Of a DNA stretch of 64,000 nucleotides, positions 10,329 to 20,860 are shown piece by piece. The notes beneath the pieces are model-generated. The model was not told where the DNA came from, did not search any database, and saw only the letters and a program-made list of their open reading frames with translations. Location: contig CAWEZH010000003.1 of NCBI GenBank assembly GCA_963813535.1, positions 512,001 through 576,000 of the forward strand. Direction: 5' to 3'. The position numbers and the translations under genes were made by a program. This DNA is from an uncultured Chloroflexia bacterium. Lineage in GTDB: Bacteria > Chloroflexota > Limnocylindria > Limnocylindrales > CSP1-4. The first letter of the stretch is position 1. Each line of letters begins with the position of its first letter.

Positions 10329-10457
10329 TCGGTGTTGGTTCCTGATGGCAAGGTGGCATGGCCGACGATGGCCGACGAGGGCCGGACGTTCGTTGGGCGG
10401 CCGGTATCGTATCGTAATGTCCGGGTCGGCCCGTTCCCGGGCAGTCAGCCCAGGAGG

Positions 10458-11513
10458 ATGTCCATCAACGGATCCACGCATCTCCGTGGCCGGCGCGTGC
10501 TGGTCACCGGCGGCTCCGGGACGATCGGGGCACGTCTGGTGGACCACCTGATCGAGTCGGGTCCGGCCGTCGTGCGGGTCTTCGGGCGCGACGAGACGAA
10601 GCAGTTCTACCAGCGCCATCGGCATCGGGGCAGGGACGTCCGGTTCCTGATCGGCGACATCCGCGATCGCGATCGCCTCGTGCGTGCCTGCGAAGGGATC
10701 GACGTCGTCTTCCATTGCGCGGCGCTCAAGCACGTCGAGTCCGGCGAGTACAACCCGTTCGAGGCCACGCTCACCAACGTCACCGGGACGCAGAACGTGA
10801 TCGACGCCTGCCTGGCGAGCGGGGTCGACACGATGATCCTCACCTCGTCCGACAAGGCGGCCAATCCGACCTCGGTGATGGGCGCGAGCAAGCTCCTCGC
10901 CGAGAAGCTCGTGAGCGCCGCGACCAACTACCGCGGCTCCCATCCGACGACGTTCGCCAGCGTTCGCTTCGGCAACGTGCTCGGGTCGCGGGGATCGGCC
11001 ATCGAGCTGTTCGCCCGGCAGATCGCGGCCGGCGGTCCGGTGACCGTGACCGACCCCGAGATGACGCGCTTCATCATGAGCGTGGACCGCGCCGTCGAGC
11101 TCGCGATCAAGGCGGCCGAGATCGCCCGGGGCGGTGAGGTGTTCGTGTTCAAGATGCCGGTCGCCCGGCTCGCCGACCTCATCTCGGCCACGATCGACGT
11201 GGTCGCGCCGACGCATGGCCTCGAGCCGGCGGCGATCCGACGTGAACCCATCGAGCCGCGCGCCGGCGAGAAGGCGTACGAGGAACTGATGACCGAGGAC
11301 GAGGCGACCCGCGCCGTCGATCTCGGCGACATGTTCGCGGTCCTGCCGTCCATCGAGATCGCGCCCGAGGTCCGCTCGGCGTATGCCGACCTGCCGTCGG
11401 CACCGGGCGGCGCCTATCGCTCCGATGGCGTCGAGCCGCTCGACCTGGACGGCGTCCGTCGCCTCGTCGCGGAGTCCTTCGAGTCGGAGCGGCGCGCCGA
11501 GATCCCGGCATGA
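10458..11513 (+). CDS. UDP-GlcNAc 4,6-dehydratase family (PseB/Pen-like SDR)
   Basis: VLVTGGSGTIG, GDIRD, FHCAALKHV, YNPFEA, SSDKAANPTSVMGASK, VRFGNVLGSRGS, MTRFIM. Confidence 0.9.
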   Translation: MSINGSTHLRGRRVLVTGGSGTIGARLVDHLIESGPAVVRVFGRDETKQFYQRHRHRGRDVRFLIGDIRDRDRLVRACEGIDVVFHCAALKHVESGEYNPFEATLTNVTGTQNVIDACLASGVDTMILTSSDKAANPTSVMGASKLLAEKLVSAATNYRGSHPTTFASVRFGNVLGSRGSAIELFARQIAAGGPVTVTDPEMTRFIMSVDRAVELAIKAAEIARGGEVFVFKMPVARLADLISATIDVVAPTHGLEPAAIRREPIEPRAGEKAYEELMTEDEATRAVDLGDMFAVLPSIEIAPEVRSAYADLPSAPGGAYRSDGVEPLDLDGVRRLVAESFESERRAEIPA

Positions 11514-12463
11514 GGGTCCTCGTGACCGGGGCGGCCGGCTTCATCGGCCGTTGGGTGGTCGGTGAGCTCCTCGATGCCGGTCACGACGTCCTGCCGATCG
11601 ACAACCTGGTGGCCGGCGACGAGCGATCGCTCGAGGAGTTCGCGGGGCATCCGGGCCTGCGGCCGTTCGAGCGCGGCGATGTCCGGGACGCCGCGGCGTG
11701 CCGGCGCTGGCTGAGGGACGTCGACGCCGTCGCGCATCTCGCCGCATCGATCTCGGTCCAGGAGTCGATCGACGACCCGGCCACGACATTCGAGAACGAC
11801 GTCGTCGGGACGTTCAACGTGCTCGAGGCCGCGCGCCTGACCGGCGCTCGGGTGCTGTTCATGAGCACGTGCATGGTCTATGACCGGGCAGATCGCACCG
11901 GCATCGCCGAGGATCATCCGACGAAACCGGCGTCGCCGTACGCCGCGGCGAAGCTGGCCGGCGAGGCACTGACGCTGTCCTACCACCACGCGTACGAGCT
12001 GCCGACGACCGTGGTCCGACCGTTCAACACCTATGGCCCGTTCCAGCGGTCCGTCGGCGAGGGCGGGGTCGTGGCGATCTTCACCCGGCGGTCCATCCTC
12101 GGCGAGGAGCTGCGCATCTTCGGCGACGGGACGCAGACCCGCGACCTGCTCTACGTCGAGGACTGCGCACGGTTCGTGGTCGCGGCACTGACCTCAGACC
12201 GGGTGACCGGCCGGATCCTCAATGCGGGCACCGGCACGGACGTGAGCGTCAACGAGCTGGCGGCCCTGGTCGAGCCGGACCCGGGCCGGATCGTGCATGT
12301 CCCGCACATCCATCCCCAGAGCGAGATCGCCGTGCTGCGCTGCGACCCGACCCTGGCCGGCGAGCTGCTCGACTGGCGGCCGACCGTGGCACTGCCCGAG
12401 GGGCTCGCCCGGGTCCGTGCCTGGATGGAGGAGCGCCTGGGGGCCGGGGTCCCGGTCCACTGA
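11510..12463 (+). CDS. NAD-dependent nucleotide-sugar epimerase/dehydratase (Pal-like)
   Basis: GAAGFIGRWVV, AASISVQESIDD, FMSTCMVYD, YAAAK, RPFNTYGPFQ, HIHPQSEI. Confidence 0.88.
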   Translation: MRVLVTGAAGFIGRWVVGELLDAGHDVLPIDNLVAGDERSLEEFAGHPGLRPFERGDVRDAAACRRWLRDVDAVAHLAASISVQESIDDPATTFENDVVGTFNVLEAARLTGARVLFMSTCMVYDRADRTGIAEDHPTKPASPYAAAKLAGEALTLSYHHAYELPTTVVRPFNTYGPFQRSVGEGGVVAIFTRRSILGEELRIFGDGTQTRDLLYVEDCARFVVAALTSDRVTGRILNAGTGTDVSVNELAALVEPDPGRIVHVPHIHPQSEIAVLRCDPTLAGELLDWRPTVALPEGLARVRAWMEERLGAGVPVH

Positions 12464-13666
12464 TGGGCACCGGCGCGGCCACGCGGCTGGCGATCGATGG
12501 CGGCACGCCCGTCCGAGCGACGTTCCTGCCGTATGCCCACCAGGTCATCTCGGACGAGGACGTCGCGGCGGTCGGGGAGGCGCTGCGCTCGGACTGGCTC
12601 ACGACCGGTCCGCGTGTCCCGGCGTTCGAAGGCGCGCTTGCCGAGGCCACCGGCGTGCGGCACGCGGTCGCGTTCAGCTCGGGGACGGCGGCGCTGCACG
12701 GCGCGGTCGTGGCCGCAGGCCTGGGGCCGGGCGATGAGGCGATCACGACCCCCATGAGCTTCGTGGCGACGGCCAATGCCGTGCTGTACGCCGGGGCGAC
12801 GCCCCGCTTCGCCGACGTCACCGCGGACGATCTGCTCATCTCGCCCGACGCGGTCGGTGCGTCGCTGACGCCCGCGACTCGCGCGATCGTGGCTGTCGAC
12901 TACGCGGGTCATCCCGCCGACTACGACGCGCTCCGACGGGTCGCCGACGCTGCCCCGGCCGGGCCGGTCGTGCTCATCGCCGACGCGGCGCATTCACTGG
13001 GCGCCACGCGCGGTGGCCGGGTGGTGGGCACGCTCGCGGATCTGACCGTGCTCAGCCTGCATCCGGCCAAGATCCTGACGACCGGCGAGGGCGGTGCCGT
13101 CCTGACCGACGACGATGCGCGGGCGGATGCCTTGCGACGCTTCCGCAACCACGGCATCGCGACCGAGCTCGCCGACCGGCGCGACTGGACATACGCGATG
13201 GTCGAGCTCGGCTACAACTACCGGCTCACGGACGTGGCCGCTGCCCTCGGGTCATCGCAGATCCGTCGCCTCGGCGAGTTCCTCGAGCGCCGTCGCGCGC
13301 TCGCCGCGCGCTACCTGGAGCGCCTCGCCGGTCACCCGGCCGTCGAGTCACCGGCGGTCGCCGACGACACCGATCCCGCGTGGCACTTCCTGTTCGCCCG
13401 GCTGCGGCTCGACCGCCTCACCGCCGACCGGGGCGCCGTCTATCGAGCCCTGCGGGCCGAGAACATCGGCGTGAACGTCCACTACATCCCGATCCACACG
13501 CACCCCTACTACCGCGAGCGGTTCCCGGGAGTCTCGATGCCGGTCGCGGAGGCGCAGTACGAGCGCCTGCTGACGCTGCCGCTCCACGCGGGCATGCGCG
13601 ACGCCGACGTCGACGATGTGGTGACCGCGCTCGACAAGGTCGCCGAGGCGTACCTGCATCCGCTGA
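12463..13666 (+). CDS. pseC: DegT/DnrJ PLP aminotransferase (PseC/SpsC-like); as assembled it reads through to 14379
   Basis: LPYAHQVI, WLTTGP, SSGTAALH, DAAHSLGA, SLHPAKILTTGEGG, LGYNYRLTD, VNVHYIPIH; out-of-frame TGA at 13664-13666 at the expected domain end. Confidence 0.85.
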
Positions 13667-13680
13667 CGAAGGAGTCCGTC

Positions 13681-14379
13681 TTGGATCTGATCCGCAAACC
13701 GGTCCGCCGCCTCCGACGAGCGCTTCGCCCGAAGGCCAGTCCGGCTCCGGCCCCCGCCAAGGCGCCGCCGCTACGCACACCGCCGACCGTCCTGCCCAAG
13801 GACGAGCTGCACTCGTTCTGGCGTGACCCGGACGAGCCGAATCGACCGGAGGAATACCTCGCCCACGCCGGACGCAGCCGCTTCCTGGTCGAGTTCGTCA
13901 AGCCGTATCTCGGCCCCGAGCCGACGATCCTCGAGATCGGCTGCAACGTCGGGCGGAACCTCGCCCACCTGTACGACGCGGGCTACCGGCGCCTGACCGG
14001 GATCGAGATCAACGGCGAGGCGCTGGCGCTCCTGCGTACGACGTATCCCGAGATGGCTGCGGCGGCAACGCTCATCAACGCTCCCGTCGAGGAGGCGATC
14101 CGGGAGATCCCCGATGCGTCGTTGGACCTCGTGTACACGATGGCGGTCCTGGAGCACATCCATCCCGACAGCGAGTGGATCTTCGACGAGATCGTTCGCA
14201 TCACCCGCGGGACCGTGGTGACCGTCGAGGACGAGCACGGCGTCTCGCGTCATCACACCCCGCGCGACTATCGGGTCGTCTTCGAGTCCCGCGGCCTCAA
14301 GCACGTGGCGCAACAGAGCATCGACGCCGACGGCGGGTTCGGGACGGCGTTCGAAGCACGCGTCTTCGAGGTGGCATGA
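13681..14379 (+). CDS. Class I SAM-dependent methyltransferase (separate gene or C-terminal fusion)
   Basis: ILEIGCNVGRNL, GIEIN, LVYTMAVLEHIHP; in-frame TTG 13681 with AAGGAG SD at 13669-13674. Confidence 0.8.
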   Translation: MDLIRKPVRRLRRALRPKASPAPAPAKAPPLRTPPTVLPKDELHSFWRDPDEPNRPEEYLAHAGRSRFLVEFVKPYLGPEPTILEIGCNVGRNLAHLYDAGYRRLTGIEINGEALALLRTTYPEMAAAATLINAPVEEAIREIPDASLDLVYTMAVLEHIHPDSEWIFDEIVRITRGTVVTVEDEHGVSRHHTPRDYRVVFESRGLKHVAQQSIDADGGFGTAFEARVFEVA

Positions 14380-15173
14380 CCGAGGGCGGATCCGGGCGGT
14401 CGGGCGAGCCGGTGATTGTCGCCGTGGTCCAGGCGCGGATGCGCTCGACCCGCCTGCCGGGCAAGGTGCTCACGGACATCGAGGGCGAACCGCTGCTGGC
14501 GTGGACCGTGGCCGGCGTGCAGGCGATCCGTGGCCTCTCGGCGGTCGTCGTCGCGACGACCACGGATGCCAGCGATGATGCCGTCGTGATCGAGGCGGAG
14601 CGGCTCGGAGTGGCGGTGCACCGCGGCTCGACCGACGACGTCCTGTCGCGCTGCTTCGATGCGCTCGCGCCGTTCGCGCCGGAGGTGGTCGTCCGGCAGA
14701 CCGCCGACAACCCGTTCCCGGATCCCGGTGTCGCCGAGGGACAGGTGCGGGCGCTCCTCGAGCGCGACCTCGACTACGTCGGCATCGAGGGCTGGCCGCT
14801 GGGCATCGCCGCCGAGGCGTGCCGTTTCTCAGCCCTGGCGACCGCTCATCGGGAGGCGACGGAGGCAGCCGATCGCGAGCACGTGCTGCCGTTCCTGTAT
14901 CGGCACCCCGACCGGTTCCCCGTCGGCCAGGTCCCGCGAGCCGGCTCAGCGCGACCCGCGGCCGCGCGAGCGCGCTATACCGTCGATACCGATGCGGACC
15001 TGGCCTTCGCACGGGCCGTCGCGGCACGGTTGGGCCACGGGCCACCGGTCGACCTCGGCGAACTGGAGACGATCATCGAGGACGACCCCGAGCTCCTCGA
15101 GATCAACGCTGGCGTGGCCCAGAGACCGTGGCACGAGGCGCAACCCACGGAGGAGAGCCGATGGACGTCGTGA
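14376..15173 (+). CDS. SpsF-type acylneuraminate cytidylyltransferase (CMP-nonulosonate synthetase)
   Basis: VQARMRSTRLPGKVL, GSTDDVLSR, RQTADNP, REHV, TVDTDADL; ATGA overlap with the upstream gene. Confidence 0.9.
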   Translation: MTEGGSGRSGEPVIVAVVQARMRSTRLPGKVLTDIEGEPLLAWTVAGVQAIRGLSAVVVATTTDASDDAVVIEAERLGVAVHRGSTDDVLSRCFDALAPFAPEVVVRQTADNPFPDPGVAEGQVRALLERDLDYVGIEGWPLGIAAEACRFSALATAHREATEAADREHVLPFLYRHPDRFPVGQVPRAGSARPAAARARYTVDTDADLAFARAVAARLGHGPPVDLGELETIIEDDPELLEINAGVAQRPWHEAQPTEESRWTS

Positions 15174-16207
15174 GGATCGGCGAACGACCGGTCGGGGCCG
15201 GCGCGCCCGTCTACATCATCGCGGAAGCTGGCTCGAACCACGACCGCGACCTCGACCAGGCGAAGCGACTCATCGACGTCGCTGCCGCTGCCGGCGCCGA
15301 CGCGGTCAAGTTCCAGACGTTCCGATCCGACCTGATCGTGGCCGAGACGCCGACACGTGCCGAGTACCTCGACGCGATCCTGCCACCGGGCCAGACCATG
15401 TCCGATCTCTTCCGTCAGCTCGAGCTACCGCGCGACTGGCACGCGACGCTCGCCGACCATGCCGCCCGGCAGGGTCTGGACTTCCTGTCCACCCCGTTCG
15501 ATCACGAGGCTGTCGACCTGCTCGACGAGCTCGGGGTCAAGGCGTTCAAGGTGGCGACGTATGAGCTCTGGCACCTGCCGCTCATCCGCGACATCGCGTC
15601 GCGTGGCAAGCCGATCATCTGCTCGACCGGGATGGCCGACATGGCGGACGTGCAGGCGGCGGTCGACGTCGTGCGCGAGACCGGCAACGAGCAGCTGATC
15701 CTGCTGCACTGCGTCGTGAACTACCCGCCGCCGTTCGCCGACCTGAACCTGCGGGCGATCGAGACGATGCGCCAGGCGTTCGGGGTCCCGGTCGGCTGGA
15801 GCGACCATACGCCCGGCTGGCTGGCGCCCGTGGTCGCCACGACGCTCGGGGCGGCGGTGATCGAGAAGCACTTCACGACGGACCGCGGCCGGCCGGGTCC
15901 CGACCACCGGTTCGCACTCGAGCCCGACGAGCTGGCGGAGATGGTGCGCGCGATCCGCGACACCGAGGCGGCGCTCGGCACGGGTGTGAAGCGCCGCGCC
16001 CCGGCGGAGGATGACCTCTACGTCACGGCCCGCCGGTCGCTCTTCGCGGCCCGGCCGATCGAGGCAGGCACCGTGCTCAGCCCCGACGACATCGCCGTGC
16101 TGCGACCGGGCACCGGGCTCGAGGTCGCCGACCTCGACAAGGTGCTCGGCCGAACGGCACGCCGCCACATCGACCGCCACGAGCCGCTCGCCTGGGACAT
16201 GTTCTGA
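15161..16207 (+). CDS. N-acetylneuraminate synthase family with SAF domain (PseI/NeuB/SpsE-like)
   Basis: IIAEAGSNH, ADAVKFQTF, STPFD, STGMA, LLHCVVNYP, GWSDHT, IEKHFT, RRSL, RPGTG; GGAGGA SD. Confidence 0.95.
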   Translation: MDVVRIGERPVGAGAPVYIIAEAGSNHDRDLDQAKRLIDVAAAAGADAVKFQTFRSDLIVAETPTRAEYLDAILPPGQTMSDLFRQLELPRDWHATLADHAARQGLDFLSTPFDHEAVDLLDELGVKAFKVATYELWHLPLIRDIASRGKPIICSTGMADMADVQAAVDVVRETGNEQLILLHCVVNYPPPFADLNLRAIETMRQAFGVPVGWSDHTPGWLAPVVATTLGAAVIEKHFTTDRGRPGPDHRFALEPDELAEMVRAIRDTEAALGTGVKRRAPAEDDLYVTARRSLFAARPIEAGTVLSPDDIAVLRPGTGLEVADLDKVLGRTARRHIDRHEPLAWDMF

Positions 16208-16210
16208 TCG

Positions 16211-17180
16211 ATGCCGCATGTCGTGCGGATGCGGACGAGTGCCGGCCCCGGCGAGGGACGCGGCCATCTGGCCCGGGCCCTGTCAGTGGCGGAGGCGGTC
16301 TGGCCTGACACCGTCGCGGTGGAGCTCTCGATCGCGCGCGGCGCGCCGACGGCCAGCGAGCGCGACCGGGCCGAGGCCGCGGGTGCTCGGGTGGTCGGCG
16401 CCGGCGCAGCCATCCCCGAGGGCGCGGTCGTCGTCGTCGATGGGCCCGATCCTGATCGCCTCGCGACCGGGATCACGCCCGATCGCCTCGTCGTCTTCGA
16501 CGACAGCGAGCGGTTCGCCGGGGACGCTGCGATGGTCGTCCAGCCGTCGGCCCCGGCATGGGCTGGTCGGGCGCGCGCCGGGAGGGTCCTCGCCGGCTAC
16601 CGCTGGGCGCCGATCGGCGTGGCGTGGCGACGCGTCGTCGGGCTTGCCGAGACGTCTCGGGTCGGCGACCCGCACCTGCTCGTCTGTTTCGGCGGCAGCG
16701 ACCCGCACGACGTGACCGGGCGGCTGGGCGGTCGGCTCGCCGACGACCCGCGCTGGGCGACCACGGTCGTCGTCGGCCCGGACTATGGCGGGGACCTGAT
16801 CGACGATCGCTGGGTGCGTGAGCCGCGCGACCTGCCCGAACGCGTGGCGGCAGCCGACGTCGTGGTCATCGGCGCAGGGACGATGAAATTCGAAGTCGCC
16901 GCGCTCGGGCGGCCGGCCGTGCTCCTCGCCGCGGCCGACGACCAGCTACCGGTGGGCCCGCCGTTCGCGGCGACGGGGGCTGCGCGCTGGCTCGGCGATG
17001 GTCGGACCATCGACCCGGCAACGCGTCATCGAGTCGGTCGCAGCGTTGATGGACGACCCGATGACACGAGCGGCGATGTCTGCCGCGGCTCGCCGGGAGG
17101 TGGATGGGTCCGGCGCCGATCGTCTCGCGGCCGCGATCGCAGGGCTCGCCACGGACGACGGTCAGACCGCGGCCTCGTAG
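16211..17180 (+). CDS. PseG/SpsG-like UDP-sugar hydrolase (GT28-like fold), apparent +1 frameshift near 17024
   Basis: GRGHLARALSVA, LVCFGGSDP, GAGTMKFEVAALGRP, ADDQ; the tail RAAMSAAARREVDGSGADRLA is in the +1 frame, stop TAG 17180. Confidence 0.8.
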
Positions 17181-17645
17181 ACGAGGCAGGGCATGCCCCG
17201 CACCTCGGTCATGCCGATCCGTCTGAACCCGGCACCGGTGAACAGCGCGATCGAGGTCAGCATTGTCCGGCCGGATCCGGGCGAGGAACGCGACCGGAGC
17301 GAGCCCCTCGTCGTGCCGCGCTTCGTCGAGCGCGAGTCGCAACAACGTCCGTCCAACGCCTCGACCGCGCGCCGCTGACGCCACCGCGATACCGATCTCG
17401 ACGCGGCCGTCACGGTGACGATCCAGACGGATCTGGCCCACGGGCACGTCGCCGTCCAGTCCGACCAGCAAGCGCCCGGAGGTCGACGCCAGGCGGTCGG
17501 CCAGCCACCGACGGTGGTCGTCTGCCGCGATCGGCTCGGGCTGGAAGCCGGCCGCGCGGGTGACGGGATCGTTGGCCCACTCGAGCAGCAGGGGCCCGTC
17601 GGCCGCGGTGGCCGGTCTGAGGGTGAGCGACGACGACTCCGTCAT
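17162..17645 (-). CDS. GNAT N-acetyltransferase (PseH-like), apparent +1 frameshift near 17261
   Basis: LRPATAADGPLLLEWANDPVTR, VGQIRLD, RGRGVGRTLL, IRPDN; SIALFTGAGF continues in the +1 frame. Confidence 0.8.
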
Positions 17646-18725
17646 CCCGGTTTGCGGGCGATGACGCTGACGAACGTCGCGAGCAGGTCGTCGATCGTCA
17701 CGCTCGGGTAGATGCGCCGGACCTCCGCCAGCGCGCGCGGTCGTCGCCTCCTGCGTCTGCTTGCGCTCGAACCAGGGCATGACCGCGACGAGCTCGAGAC
17801 CCGCGGCGTGGACGATGCCCCGGAGATCCGCGAGCGACATGCGGTTCAGGCTCTCCTCGTAGAACCGCATCGCCTGGTCGATCTCGGTCGGCCGAAGCTC
17901 CTCCAGGTAGCGGCGGAAGTCGTCGGCATCGAGGCGGGCGTGACCCCACGGGATCGCCAGCGTGCACATCGAGTGCCCGCCATTGACGCTGAAGAACGGG
18001 TTGTAGTCGTGATACGCCACGCCGCCAGGTCGGAGCAGGCGAGCCATCGCGGCGAAGGCGCCATGCGGATCCTGGACGTGCTCGAGGACCTCGAACGAGA
18101 GGATCGCGTCGAAGCTGTCGGCTGGCTGGCTGGACTGGGTGATGTCGTCCTCGATGAACTCGACGGCGCCCGGGGGAGCGTCGCCGGCGAGGCGCGCACG
18201 CTCGCGCAACGTGGCCAGCGTCCCCTGCTGGGCGTCGATGTCCGCGGCGAGGGTCGCCGCGTCGACCTCGCCGGGTCGCTGGATCACGTAGAAGCGAGCA
18301 AGGTCAGACGCGACCACCTGGGTGTCGGGACGTTTGGCGAGCTGGAACGCCATCGCTCCGTCGTAGCAGCCGACCTCGAGGATCCGCCCGCGGAGCGGCG
18401 AGCCCGTCGTCGTCTCGACGAGGAGCGCCGCCTCGCGCACGGACTTGGCTGCCTTCCGGGCCCGCCCGGCGAGCGTCGCGTCGGTCGGTGGCTGGACGTT
18501 CGCGACCGGGTCGACCATGACCCGCCAGCCGGACTTCAGGCGGTCGCGCAGCGTCGGGTCGAGCGGATGGCGGACACCGTGCTTGTCGACGAACTCGGTG
18601 CCCGGCGCGATCGCCTCTCTGGGTGTCGCGGGTTTCGGGACCGTGAGCTCCGCCTCGACGAGGGCTCGGAGTCGTCGCTGCCGCAGACCGGCGCGGATGA
18701 CCGCCTTGACGGGTCGCTTCCACAT
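17642..18725 (-). CDS. Class I SAM-dependent methyltransferase, apparent +1 frameshift near 17735
   Basis: ILEVGCYDG, FDAILSFEVLEHV, RLLRPGG; the +1-frame tail ALAEVRRIYPSVTIDDLLATFVSVIARKPG ends at a TGA overlapping the GNAT ATG. Confidence 0.8.
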
Positions 18726-20756
18726 CAGGCGCGACTCGAGACGGGGCCGGCTGCACCGATCGCTGCCGGGTCGGCGACGACAGCCGCGATCTCCCTCGCG
18801 ATCCGTCGTCCGGCGTTTCCCGGGAGGAAGTGGTCGTCGAGGAAGGCGCGGCGAGCGTCAGGCGCGGCGGGGAGAGGATCGTGGAGGGCGGCGCGCAGCT
18901 CGTCCACGCCGTGGATCGGTCGGGCGACACCGGCCGCGACATAGCCGAGCAGGTCGCGGTGGCCCTCGACGATCGCGATCAGGTTCGGCGTCCCGGCCAT
19001 GACGGCATCGGTGAGGACCGTCGAGTTGAGCCCGAGATGCGCGTCGGCCGCCCGCAGGAGCCGGAAGAGGTCGATGTCCTTGACCAGCGTGATGGCCGGC
19101 GCTTCGTACCCACCGGCCCTGGCCAGCCCGTCCAGGAGCTGGCGGTACGGGCCTTCATCGCGCTCGCCCGGGTGCTGCTTGAAGACGACGTGGACCCCGG
19201 GCAGCGGGCCTCCGAGACACGTCTCGATCATGTGGACGAGATGCGACCGGCGGACGAACGGCAGATGCAACGTGGAGACGACGAGGACGACGGCGCCGTC
19301 GGCGATGCCGAGCTCCTGTCGCGTGGCCGAGCGCTCCGCCGCCGCCATCCGCTGCGGCCGGGACGGCCGTATCCAGGTCGAGGCGGGGCGAACCAGCGGC
19401 AGTGACCTCGCCCGGCTCGTAGGCGAGGTCCTCCAGGACGCGTCGCTCGTAGTCGCCGAACACGAAGGTCCTGGTCGGCAGGATCAGCCGGGGATCGCGG
19501 TGGTCGGGATAGCCGGCATGGGTCGGGTAGAGCACCCCGTGCTGCAGGGCGAAGGTCGGCACGCCCGCACGCTCGGCGGCGAGCAGCCACGGCGTCCGGT
19601 GCCCTTCCTGGGTCATCAGGAACGCCGATGGTCGGACCTCGTCGGTCAGGCGCTCGACCCGCGCCAGTTGCACGACGTCCGGCTCGATGATCTTCTGGAG
19701 CGTGGCGCGCAGCGAAGCCAGGAACGGCAGCGTCAGGTCGAGCCCGTCGATCTCGAACGGGACATGGCCGACCGCCTCGATCCCGGCAAGCGCCGCCCCG
19801 GCAGCCGCCCGAGCGCGGTCACGGTCCTCCGGCCGAGCCCAGCGGGATTGGAGGTAGAACGCCGGGAGGAGCCGGTCGTCGAGCTCGGTGGTCGCCCAGT
19901 CCTCGTCGCGCTGCCGGCTCATGCCCAATCCGATCACGACCGGTTCCAGACCGGCGTCGGCGAGGGCCGGGATGACCGAGCCGAGATTGGGGTCGCGTCG
20001 CTCGGCGGAGGCCGACCCGCCGACCCGCTGGTAGCTGCTCGGGAGCGTCAGCACGACGACCCGCGGCTTCGGTTCCGCCAGCAACCGGGCCAGCCGCTCA
20101 TCGAGCAGCGCCGTGCGTCGGGCGGTCTCTGCGGAGCGGCGGTCCTGTTCCGTTCGACCCGGCCGCTCGGGTGGCGGCGTCTGCGCGCGGAAGGGTCGAA
20201 CGATGCGCCGAGCGATCGCGCGGGGAAGCGATCGACTCGCCTGCGCCGTTCGGGGCGACGCGGCCGCTGCCGCCGCCGGTCGCGCGGCCGTCTCACTCTC
20301 CGGCCCCTCTTCCGTCGGCGCCTCGCGAACGTCCAGCGCCCGGTCGAGCGCCCCGACCACGTCCAGCAGCGCGACCTCATCGGCCGGAGCGGTGATGGCC
20401 GCCGGCCCGAAGTCGGCATCGATCGCCGTCAGGGCGTGCCGCCACAACAGTCGCTCGTGGACCCAATGCCACATGTCCTCGCGAGCACGGAACCAGTAGG
20501 TAACGCCGTCGACCAACACGTGGTCGGCCACGCCACTGGCCTGCCCCCATCGGTCGAGTGTCGCGAGTGCCGCGGCGTAGAGATCCTCGCGCTCGACGGC
20601 CGCCGCAAAATACGGCCGGACCGACACCACGTCGGACCGTTCGCCGGCCGCCGGCGTCCATGCGGTTTCGAGGACGATCGAGACTTCACCGGGGCGGGCC
20701 GGTGGAGCGTCGGTCGCCAGTGGGACGAAGTGCAAGCGCGAGGGACGAGGGTTCAC
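18725..20756 (-). CDS. Capsule-biosynthesis/GT-B-type protein, candidate nonulosonate transferase; apparent +1 frameshift near 19349
   Basis: FALQHG, VFGDYERRVL, AGSPRLD, then in the +1 frame VFKQHPGE, NSTVLTDAVMAGTP and GNAGRRI. Confidence 0.7.
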
Positions 20757-20860
20757 GGCGTGTCCGGCGGGCGCTGCATGGGAGCCTGTATCGTAGCCGA
20801 CCTCTCCATCCGTCCCGGGGCGATCCCGGGAAGCGCGTCGCGACGCCGGAGGTCCCACCG

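Noticed and set aside
8586-11216. 876-aa version of the PPIase
   Set aside because: The extra N-terminal part is antisense to the Pen/PseB-like gene; the real start is ATG 10328
16866-18725. 619-aa methyltransferase-GNAT fusion in the ORF track
   Set aside because: Produced by two +1 shifts; the corrected methyltransferase stops at TGA 17642 overlapping the GNAT ATG, and the GNAT ends at 17162
18725-19348. Separate 207-aa gene
   Set aside because: It is the C-terminal GT-B domain of the 20756 protein, continuing directly after GSPRLD in the +1 frame
17000-19360. Programmed +1 ribosomal frameshifting as a regulatory system
   Set aside because: No shared slippery sequence, internal SD or stop codon at the shift sites, and the same defect occurs in unrelated genes (rph, kinase); sequencing indels are more parsimonious
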